From a virus, in IMG/VR virus record IMGVR_UViG_3300017830_000039: a stretch of DNA of 64,000 nucleotides; one strand, written 5' to 3'. The position numbers and the translations under genes were made by a program. A model generated the notes under the pieces. It was not told the origin of the DNA. It made no database searches and saw only the letters and a program-made list of their open reading frames with translations. Within the stretch, counting starts at the first letter, position 1, and every line of letters starts with the position of its first letter. Shown piece by piece: positions 17,582 to 25,617 of this stretch.

Positions 17582-18091
17582 ATGACACTCGGGATCAAGC
17601 CTCTCCCCTGGGAGAAGGCCTCAAAGACCCATTTCGAGAACGGCCACTGCCATGGGTGTGAGGAGGAGATCGCCTTCGTCGGGAAGTGGGATTTCTACCG
17701 TATCTATCCGGTCTCGGATGGAAAGTGGCGCTGGGTCCGCCAGTTCCGTGGATCCTATATCGACGGCAACAGGGCAGGGGAGACCGAGCCGACCTCGGCC
17801 GAGGAAGCGAAGGCCGCAGCCTGGCGCAACTGGGCCGCCTATCTCTCGCCTTTCCTCGACGCCACATCCACGGATGATCTTCTGGGCAAGGCGACCAGGT
17901 TCGAGATCAAGCCTGGCATCGAGGTCGTCCATCGCGGCGACGATCGCTGGGCGATCAGCGACGGGACGGCGGTCTACAACCGGTTTGAAGAATGGGAGTG
18001 GGAGCCGATGCCCTCCTCGCGGGACGAGGATTTCTTCGCCCGCGCCCGGTATTCCAGGGATGAGGCGATCCGCATCGCGGGCACGCTCTGA
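17582..18091 (+). CDS. Hypothetical protein
   Basis: GGAGG RBS before MTLGIKPLPW; Trp-rich. Confidence 0.68.
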   Translation: MTLGIKPLPWEKASKTHFENGHCHGCEEEIAFVGKWDFYRIYPVSDGKWRWVRQFRGSYIDGNRAGETEPTSAEEAKAAAWRNWAAYLSPFLDATSTDDLLGKATRFEIKPGIEVVHRGDDRWAISDGTAVYNRFEEWEWEPMPSSRDEDFFARARYSRDEAIRIAGTL

Positions 18092-19207
18092 TCAGAGCTG
18101 CATGAGGTCCAGGAAGTCGGTCTGCTCCATCTGACCGGGTTGCGGCACCTCGAGACCAGACATGCTCACTCCAAGAAGACGGATGCCCGTGCGGAACGGG
18201 TGGACACCCTCGAGAAGGGATGAGGCGATCTCGCGAATGCGGTCCGGGTCCCGCGTCGGCGCCGTGATCGTCTGGCGCCGTGTGATCTGTTCGAAATCCG
18301 AGAACTTGACCTTCAGCGTCACGGTCCGGCCCTGGACATCCTTCTGCAAGCAGCGATCGACCACCTTCTCGACGATCGGATCGAGCTGGTCCCGGGCGCT
18401 CTCCAGATCATGGAGATCTTCCATGAAGGTCTCCTCGGCCCCGACGGACTTTCGGGTCCGGTCCGGGTTGACCGGCCGGGGATCGATGCCGCGCGAGATG
18501 TCGTGGTAGTGCTGCGCTGACGATCCGAAACGCTGCCCGAGCCATTCCAGGGATTTCTCCCGCAGATCTGCGCCGGTCTCGATGCCCAGGCCGTGCATCT
18601 TCCTCTCGGTCACGGGCCCCACGCCATTGAACCGGCCGACGGGGAGGGAGGCCACGAAATCCGGCCCCCGATGGGGCGGGATCACCGTGAGGCCATTGGG
18701 CTTGTCCTGATCCGAGGCGAGTTTGGCCAGGAACTTGTTGTAGCTGACCCCGGCCGAGGCGGTGAGACCGGTCACCTCCAGGATGCCGGCACGGATCTGC
18801 TTCGCGATCTCCGTCGCCGGGGTTCCGTCAGCGCAGGCTTCCGTGACATCGAGATAGGCTTCGTCAAGCGAGAGGGGCTCGATCAGGTCGGTATATCGGC
18901 CGAACACCGGGTGGATCTGCCCGGAGACCGCACGATAGACCTCGAAGCGGGGCTTTGCGAAGATGAGCTCGGGACATTTTCTCTGCGCTGTCACCGAGGG
19001 CATCGCGGATCTCACCCCGAAGGTGCGGGCCTCGTAGGAGGCCGCGGCCACGACGCCCCGGGCCCGGGACGATCCCACAGCCACGGGCTTGCCGCGCAGC
19101 TCGGGATGGTCGCGCTGCTCCACGGAGGCGAAGAACGCATCCATGTCCACGTGGATGATGCGCCGAACACCGAGAAACGATGTCGGATCAGGATGAAGCG
19201 TCGTCAT
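18092..19207 (-). CDS. dinB: DNA polymerase IV
   Basis: IIHVDMDAFFASVEQRD, AASYEAR-x-FGVRSAM, SLDEAYLD, SAGVSYNKFLAKLASD-x-x-KP motifs. Confidence 0.96.
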   Translation of the reverse strand: MTTLHPDPTSFLGVRRIIHVDMDAFFASVEQRDHPELRGKPVAVGSSRARGVVAAASYEARTFGVRSAMPSVTAQRKCPELIFAKPRFEVYRAVSGQIHPVFGRYTDLIEPLSLDEAYLDVTEACADGTPATEIAKQIRAGILEVTGLTASAGVSYNKFLAKLASDQDKPNGLTVIPPHRGPDFVASLPVGRFNGVGPVTERKMHGLGIETGADLREKSLEWLGQRFGSSAQHYHDISRGIDPRPVNPDRTRKSVGAEETFMEDLHDLESARDQLDPIVEKVVDRCLQKDVQGRTVTLKVKFSDFEQITRRQTITAPTRDPDRIREIASSLLEGVHPFRTGIRLLGVSMSGLEVPQPGQMEQTDFLDLMQL

Positions 19208-19466
19208 CCGTTGATGATATGCCTTTGGCTACGTCTTTTCGAGGTCCGTCCCGCATATGGAGGGGCAGGCCCGACTGCTCCGGGAGATCCATGCGACGCC
19301 AGCTGTATTTGGCCTCCCCGATCTTCGGGTATCGCTTCGAGAAGACCCATTCCTCCGCGCCGCAGCTGCAATACCGCTTCATCGCGTTCAGCGGGTCACG
19401 CACCCATCGATGGATCTGAAGCCTGTCATGCAGAGCTTTCCAAAACGGCTTCTTGCCGGCTATTGA

Positions 19467-20165
19467 TCAATGGCCGATCTTCCAGGGCATCAGGACGACC
19501 GGCGGGATCTCACCCTCGAACTGGCTCGCATCGATGCAGGACGGATCGACGCCAGCGCCTTCCGCCATGCGCCCCATGAGCATCTCGTTCATGGTCTCGG
19601 GCGTGTAGGAGGAGTTGGCCGCCAGGGCCGCCTCGGGCAGGCAGCTCGGCTGGTAGCCGCAGGAAGCCCACTGGTTGAAGCCGCCGGCCCCAAGGAAGTG
19701 GGAGGCATATCCGACACCGCCGGGCGTCAGCGGAACGCCATTTGCGGAGCTGTTGTAGTCGGCATTGATGATGCTGAGGTTCTGTTCGGTGAAGCGCGAG
19801 AGGGCATTGACCTGCGCGGCCTGGTTGTTGAGGAACTCCATCCGGGAGTTCACGCCGTCGAGGCCCGTCCAGGTCACGCCTTCCCATTCTCCGGGGCCGT
19901 ACATGTCGGTGCCCACGGGGCGCGAGTTCGGAGAGATGTAACCCAGATCCTGCAGCGTGCCGTAGGTGAACTGGAACGCTCCGGAGGCCGTGGATTCCTG
20001 CAGGGCGTTCGTCACATCCCAACGCCCACCGCCTTCGCCGCCGACAACCATCTCGGCATATTCCGTGCCCGTGCCGGTGCCGCCGCCGCCCGAGCAGGAA
20101 GCGATGGCCTGGGCGGGCATCAGGGAGAGGACGGCAAGCGCCGCAGTTATCTTTTTCGCAACCAT
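19467..20165 (-). CDS. Secreted lysozyme-like/transglycosylase-fold protein
   Basis: Signal peptide; candidate catalytic Glu (VGGEG), STASGAFQFTYGT and YASHFLGAGG motifs. Confidence 0.65.
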   Translation of the reverse strand: MVAKKITAALAVLSLMPAQAIASCSGGGGTGTGTEYAEMVVGGEGGGRWDVTNALQESTASGAFQFTYGTLQDLGYISPNSRPVGTDMYGPGEWEGVTWTGLDGVNSRMEFLNNQAAQVNALSRFTEQNLSIINADYNSSANGVPLTPGGVGYASHFLGAGGFNQWASCGYQPSCLPEAALAANSSYTPETMNEMLMGRMAEGAGVDPSCIDASQFEGEIPPVVLMPWKIGH

Positions 20166-20189
20166 TCCAGTTTCCAGTCTTTCGTTTGC

Positions 20190-20897
20190 TTACTCCAGGA
20201 TCTTGGTCTCGAACCCGGCACCGTTGTGAGTGATGAGGGCGGCCGCCTTGCGGTCGCTCAGGTTGAAGAGGAAGGGGCGGTCCAGAAAGGCGCCGTTCGT
20301 GACGATCTCTCCCTCTGCGTCGAAGACGTAGTAGGGCTGCGTCTGGGCAACCGTGTATTCCGGCCCATCGAGCCAGGCGAAGCGCTCGGGCATCTCGTCG
20401 CCGAAGAGATCCACGTTCGCGACACGGATGTCGTAGGTCCGCAAGGTGGTCATCCAGGGTGCAATCTCGAGGATCCTGGCCCTGTCTTCCTCGGTGCCCG
20501 AATAGAATTCGAGCTGCTCGAACGTGTCGAAATAGGGCAGCAGCGCAAAGCCGGTCCAGTTGAAATAGATGCCATTGGCATCGATGACGGTCCCGTTACT
20601 CACCAGCGTCGGCGCTTCGCCATACTGGTAGGCCACCTCGGCCAGTTCGCCATCGGCGGCAACATCGACGATCGAGAAGAGACAGCCGGCGATCGTGCAG
20701 TCTTCGGAATAGCTGACCATCGCCTCCAGAGATCCGTCCTGGTCGATGTCGGCGATCTCGTAGGTCGCAGCCGTGCCTGCCGTCAATTCATTGACGGTGG
20801 ACTGCAGGACGATCTCGGCATCCTGGGCGTGAAGAGGGGCCGCGCCGAGAAGGGCGCCTGCGGCCAGAACGAGGCCTGCGGATCGAATAGGGGTCAT
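20190..20897 (-). CDS. Secreted hypothetical protein
   Basis: Signal peptide ending LHA; DIDQDG-x-x-E...C-x3-GC motif and a second D-x-x-GD-x-x-x-E copy. Confidence 0.72.
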   Translation of the reverse strand: MTPIRSAGLVLAAGALLGAAPLHAQDAEIVLQSTVNELTAGTAATYEIADIDQDGSLEAMVSYSEDCTIAGCLFSIVDVAADGELAEVAYQYGEAPTLVSNGTVIDANGIYFNWTGFALLPYFDTFEQLEFYSGTEEDRARILEIAPWMTTLRTYDIRVANVDLFGDEMPERFAWLDGPEYTVAQTQPYYVFDAEGEIVTNGAFLDRPFLFNLSDRKAAALITHNGAGFETKILE

Positions 20898-20983
20898 CGT
20901 TGTCTCCAGAGAAAGCTTTCCGAAATTATAGATGACAGCCGTTTTTTCGCAAACAGTCATGCACAGTATTCTTCTCAAGATCT

Positions 20984-22051
20984 TCAGGGGCTCAGTGTGT
21001 CGTCGTCCTCGAACGGAACCTCTTCCGCATCGAAGAGCCTCGCGTAGTCCTCTGCAAGGCGCTCCTCATCTCCACCAAGCATGGCCTTCACCATCGGATG
21101 GACATTCGCCGCCATGTCCTTGGCCATCTGCCTGGGATCACGTTCCTCCGCATCCAGACCGGCCGGGATCAGCCCGTCGCGGCGCCGGGCCACCGTGTCG
21201 CGCAGCTCGGGATCCATGGCCTCCCAGACAGCGTCCGCGATCCGTATCGGGTCGCAGCCATAGAGGCCGACCGCGCCAGGTTGCATCGGGTTGAACTCGA
21301 TCACCTCGATCGGATCCGTGGCCGGATCGCTTCCGATGACCGCGATATCGATGCAGAGGTGACGCGTTTCGGACGCATCGGCGATGCGCTGGGCGAGCTC
21401 CGTCATGCGGCGCGTTCCTTCGGGACAGAACCGCGCCTCCCGCGATTGCGGGGTGGCATAGTGCAGGTCTTCGATATCGAAACCGGTCTCACCCTGGATC
21501 CAGCTCCGGGACATCGGTGTCAGGTGCCAGGCCACGGGAGACTGGGTCACGACCTTGCCGTTCATCACCAGGAAGCGACGCTCATACTGCATGTCGATGG
21601 CCTCCTGGACCATCAGGCAGTCCTCGCGGTCGATGAAGGAATAGACGATCCCGTCCATCTCCTCGTGGAAGCTCTGGCCGCAATCGATCCGGCCTGTGAA
21701 GTGCTTCTGACGCGTCGACTTCAGGAAGGCATCCCTGCCTTCCGCGTGAAGACGCTCGACTTCACGGCGCGCGCCGTCGAGATCTGTGACGATGAAGGAT
21801 CGGGTCAGGGCATCCCGGAAGGCCGGATCGTTCCAGTAGGGCAGGCCGGGCGGGGCGAGGACATTGGCATCGTGATACTCGTTGCGCTTGCCGCGGCCGA
21901 GAAAGAGGCCGTCCTTCGGCGCCGGCGCATCCCCGGGGACCAGGGTCAGGCCCTTCCCGAACGTGTCGTATAGCGCCTTGTAGAGAGCAGCGTCCTCGAG
22001 GCGTTCTTCGGGGTCCGTGGTGTCGGTCAGTCGGTAGTAAAGGTGCGTCAT
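20984..22051 (-). CDS. ATP-grasp domain protein (DUF4343/R2K-like)
   Basis: FLKS-x-x-KH, VQE-x-I-x-MQYE-x-RF, CIDIA and VIEFNP...GLYGCD motifs. Confidence 0.72.
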   Translation of the reverse strand: MTHLYYRLTDTTDPEERLEDAALYKALYDTFGKGLTLVPGDAPAPKDGLFLGRGKRNEYHDANVLAPPGLPYWNDPAFRDALTRSFIVTDLDGARREVERLHAEGRDAFLKSTRQKHFTGRIDCGQSFHEEMDGIVYSFIDREDCLMVQEAIDMQYERRFLVMNGKVVTQSPVAWHLTPMSRSWIQGETGFDIEDLHYATPQSREARFCPEGTRRMTELAQRIADASETRHLCIDIAVIGSDPATDPIEVIEFNPMQPGAVGLYGCDPIRIADAVWEAMDPELRDTVARRRDGLIPAGLDAEERDPRQMAKDMAANVHPMVKAMLGGDEERLAEDYARLFDAEEVPFEDDDTLSP

Positions 22052-22086
22052 GATATGTCCTGTCTTGGATATCTCGGAGGGGGAGA

Positions 22087-23205
22087 TCACGGCTCGGGCG
22101 ACGATGTATCCCGTGCGAAAATCTCATTCATCTTTTTCTCGGAAGGGCACTCCATCATGTCGCCGCCAGGCAATCTGACACCGTGGAAGGTCAGCGGATA
22201 CCGCATGAAGGGTGTTCCGTATTGGGAGAAGGACAGCACGCCCTGGCTGCGGGCCTCGAAGGATGCGCCATCTTCGAAGGAGAGCCGGAGCCGGCCTTCC
22301 ATCGCGCCCGGATAGACGTTGCGGCCAATGACCTCCATGTCCTGGTAGTTGCCCTTGCCTTCGACGATCGGTGCAAGCTTGACGAGGTTCTTCTCGATGA
22401 AGCTCGCGCAGATCGCATCCGCCTCTTCGCCCGCGAGGCGGGACATGATCTCCGGGGCGTCGGGCTTCACGATATAGCGCTCCCGGCCCACCTGCCGATC
22501 GATGGTCAAGACGGCCTCGAGCTTCTGGCGAATATACGGATCCGCGCGCCCCTTGCCGATATCCCTGGCGTAGTCGTAGACCGAGAAGCGCCCCTTGCCT
22601 TCATGTGCCTCCTGGGCTGCCATGAACCGCGACAGGATCGCCTCATGCCGCTCCCGAAGAGACGCGGCCAGTCCATCCCTGGCCTCCCGGGTGATGGCCT
22701 GAAGCTCACCCAGGACCGCTGCCATCGCGCTGCGCGACGCAGCCGGCGCGGAATAGCGCTCCGTTGCGGATTGAGGTCGGGCGGCCGGACGTTTCTTGAC
22801 CGCGATTTCCTTGGATCGCTTCACCATGTCGAGGACCTCGCCGGCCTCTGCGAGAACCGCGCGAATGGCGCGCCCCGCTTCGGTATCCCCGATGGCTGCG
22901 CCCCGGCGGGTCATCTTCGCGATGGTGTTGGTCTGCGGTGGTCCTGAGATCTCATAGAGTGCCGTGCGCTCTTCCTCGGAGCAGCCCTTGAGGTAGTCCC
23001 GGTTCCAGGAGAACGGCTTCTGGGCGCTGGCGCTCCAGGCGTAGTCCAGCGCGCGTGACACGGTCTCCTTTGCTCGGCCGAAGCGGGCGTTGGCGATCTC
23101 GCCAGCCGAAAGCCCCGCGTCCAGTTCCGCGATTGCGGCCGTGAACTGCTCCTGCTTCCGGGGAGACAGAGCGCTGAGGAGGATGGGAAAACGGTCGTGT
23201 GGCAT
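22087..23205 (-). CDS. Hypothetical protein
   Basis: 372-aa ORF with GGAG RBS. Confidence 0.75.
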   Translation of the reverse strand: MPHDRFPILLSALSPRKQEQFTAAIAELDAGLSAGEIANARFGRAKETVSRALDYAWSASAQKPFSWNRDYLKGCSEEERTALYEISGPPQTNTIAKMTRRGAAIGDTEAGRAIRAVLAEAGEVLDMVKRSKEIAVKKRPAARPQSATERYSAPAASRSAMAAVLGELQAITREARDGLAASLRERHEAILSRFMAAQEAHEGKGRFSVYDYARDIGKGRADPYIRQKLEAVLTIDRQVGRERYIVKPDAPEIMSRLAGEEADAICASFIEKNLVKLAPIVEGKGNYQDMEVIGRNVYPGAMEGRLRLSFEDGASFEARSQGVLSFSQYGTPFMRYPLTFHGVRLPGGDMMECPSEKKMNEIFARDTSSPEP

Positions 23206-23255
23206 GGGATCTCCGTGATCTTCCCGGAAATCCTATGCGTGACGTCTGAAAATGA

Positions 23256-23278
23256 GAAAGGCCCCCGCGGGGCCTTTC
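23256..23278 (-). terminator. Terminator hairpin after the 23306-25246 gene
   Basis: GAAAGGCCCC-CGC-GGGGCCTTTC. Confidence 0.6.
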
Positions 23279-23305
23279 CAGTGTCGTTCCTGATCCGCGC
23301 GGATA

Positions 23306-25246
23306 TCAGATGAGCGCTTCCTGCTTGTTGTCTTCCGCCATGGCGTCGCGATACTCCTTGTAGTCGCGCCAGCTGTTGACCAGGGTCTTCAGGACCTCCT
23401 TGCGGGGGACCCGTACACGCTGATTGGACTTCGCTGTCCGCTGCCCGACGATCTTCGTGCGCGCCGTCAGGATCGGATCGCGGGCCTGGAGGTTCTCGCC
23501 TGTCTTCAGACCTTCCAGGAAATCCTCGGCCAGGTCGGGACGATCCCGACGGACGTGGTAGATCAGGTAGGTCATGATCCCTGCGGATCCGACGATCTTC
23601 ATAGCACGCGCCTTGGGATAGGCGGTCGCCATATCGGGATGTTTCTCGATGGTCGAGCGGATCTCGGAGGCTGTGGGACTAATCCCGGTGGAGAAGATCT
23701 CGATTCCGACATCCTCCTTCCACTGCAGGCGCGCGGCCGCGGCGAGGACCCGGTCATCCGCGTCCGTGCCGGATCTGATGCGCATCTTCTTGGTATGCGC
23801 ATCGAAGGTCGCGAAGGCCGCCTCGGGGATGTTCTTGGCGATCGGAACCTCGATCGGCATGTCGGCCTCGATACAGCCGTGAAGGCGGTGCTGGCCGTTG
23901 AGAAGGCGAACGCCTTTCTCCCGTGCGTCCTTGGCATCGGGATCGCCCGTGAAGCAGATCGGCTGAGCGTTCAGCATCCAGCTCCCGGCGATGATGTCCT
24001 TGGCGATGCTGTGCTTGTGGTCGTCCGAGAGGGCCCGGTTATCCCTGTTCAGGCGCAGATACTCCTGTGCCTTCTCAGGGGTCACCGTGCGCATCTGGAT
24101 CCGCTCGTCGCCACTGTCTTCCTCGTTGGCCTTGATCAACGTCTCCGCCAGCTCTCCCGAGAAGTCATCCGCGGCTTCTTCCGTGTCGTACTTGCCGTTC
24201 TTCAGGCCGGGATATCCGTCGACAATGGGAAGCCCCAGGTTCTCCGGCGCAAGCTCGGCCACCTTCTTGCGATTGGCGCGATGCCGCTTTGCCTTACCGA
24301 AGTCGGGGGTCCAGAAGTATTCCTCCTGCTTTTCACCCAGGCGGTTGCCGTCGCCATCTTCCTCGTTCTTCCGCCAGATGCAGAAATCGTTGAAGGCAAG
24401 GATCGAGATCGCCAGGATCTGGTCGATACTCATGCCCGTATGCTCGCGATCGTTCTCGCGGGCGACCTGCTGCTTGCGATGCTCCGCCTTGAGCTGGTTG
24501 GCCAGCATGCGCACGGGGCAGGGGAGACGGTAGCTGTCGATGTCGCGAAGTCCGGCGAGGAATTCCCGCAGCTCTTCACGTTTTCCGGCCTTGACCGCCA
24601 TGAAGGACAGGACCGGCCGGGGCGTAGAGTGCAGGAGGGAGCCGCGCGACCCTTCGGAGACGGAGACCGCTTCCATGAGTTCGGGATTGCCCTCGAGCAC
24701 CTGATCGAAGCGCGACCAGGAGATCTTCGAGGCGTCCTTGCCCAGGAGTCCGTTCTCGATCCGGATCAGCTTGGTCATCGTGCGCTGGAGCGAGCCTGCG
24801 AAATTGAAGCCGCGGCTCTCCAGGACGCCGGTATAGGTCCTGCGGCGGTGCTGGTCGATCGTGTGCAGCGTATCGGACCGCACGTTGCGCGCGACGACGG
24901 TCCGGAAGCTCTCGCCGCTCATGACGCAAGCCTCGAGGCGCGCGATGCCGTCGATCAGCTTACCATCGGGATCGAAGATGATGGGCATCCCGTTCAGGAT
25001 CCAGGCGCCGGACTTCATGATCTCGGCGTAGCCGCTGACGGTCTTCAGATCGCCTGCGATCCGCGGCTCACCCTTCTTGAATTTCTTGGTTTCCAGCCGT
25101 TCGGATCGTTCGGTGGATGTGTCGAGATACTTCGCGGCGACGTCCGGTGTGATGGTCTCGATCTTGAACTTGACCGGCTTCTCGCTTGGTGAAGAGGTAG
25201 CCTCGGTCTCTTGTATCTGACGTTCTGCTCTCTTGGCGGACGACAT
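23306..25246 (-). CDS. Protein with two tandem ParB/Srx-like (DGQHR-related) modules
   Basis: Repeat 1: TITPDVAAKYL...GAWILNGMPIIFD...LIDGIARL. Repeat 2: TVTPEKAQEYL...NR...GSWMLNAQPICF...LLNGQHRL. GAGG RBS before MSSAKRA. Confidence 0.72.
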   Translation of the reverse strand: MSSAKRAERQIQETEATSSPSEKPVKFKIETITPDVAAKYLDTSTERSERLETKKFKKGEPRIAGDLKTVSGYAEIMKSGAWILNGMPIIFDPDGKLIDGIARLEACVMSGESFRTVVARNVRSDTLHTIDQHRRRTYTGVLESRGFNFAGSLQRTMTKLIRIENGLLGKDASKISWSRFDQVLEGNPELMEAVSVSEGSRGSLLHSTPRPVLSFMAVKAGKREELREFLAGLRDIDSYRLPCPVRMLANQLKAEHRKQQVARENDREHTGMSIDQILAISILAFNDFCIWRKNEEDGDGNRLGEKQEEYFWTPDFGKAKRHRANRKKVAELAPENLGLPIVDGYPGLKNGKYDTEEAADDFSGELAETLIKANEEDSGDERIQMRTVTPEKAQEYLRLNRDNRALSDDHKHSIAKDIIAGSWMLNAQPICFTGDPDAKDAREKGVRLLNGQHRLHGCIEADMPIEVPIAKNIPEAAFATFDAHTKKMRIRSGTDADDRVLAAAARLQWKEDVGIEIFSTGISPTASEIRSTIEKHPDMATAYPKARAMKIVGSAGIMTYLIYHVRRDRPDLAEDFLEGLKTGENLQARDPILTARTKIVGQRTAKSNQRVRVPRKEVLKTLVNSWRDYKEYRDAMAEDNKQEALI

Positions 25247-25617
25247 ATATGACCTCGTTTTAGAAGGCCCCTCTTGCGGGGCGGGATGTGTGTGTATGAT
25301 CCGACGAAACGGCCCTTCGGACCATGTGTTCGGAATGCGGCCATTATGTGTGAAAAAAAATAGGAATGTCAAACGTGACCCGAAGATTTTCGGATGCGAA
25401 TTTCAAGTCAATCCCATAATTTTTCTGTGGCTATCACATAGAAAGTGCGCTTTCCCCTTGAATCAAGGGGTGTTCTTCGGTGTTGCGGCCATGCGCGCGT
25501 TGTTGCCTGCGGGTTCTCCACAGGCTCTCGACCCCATCTCGTTGGGATTTTCACGACCGGTTCATACTCTTCTCGGTAAGTCGAAAAACGGGGCGAACGC
25601 CCTCTCAGGAGATGCCC

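Noticed and set aside
19188-19403. 71-aa minus-strand ORF upstream of dinB
   Set aside because: Overlaps the dinB start and has no clear RBS; could be real but is unsupported.
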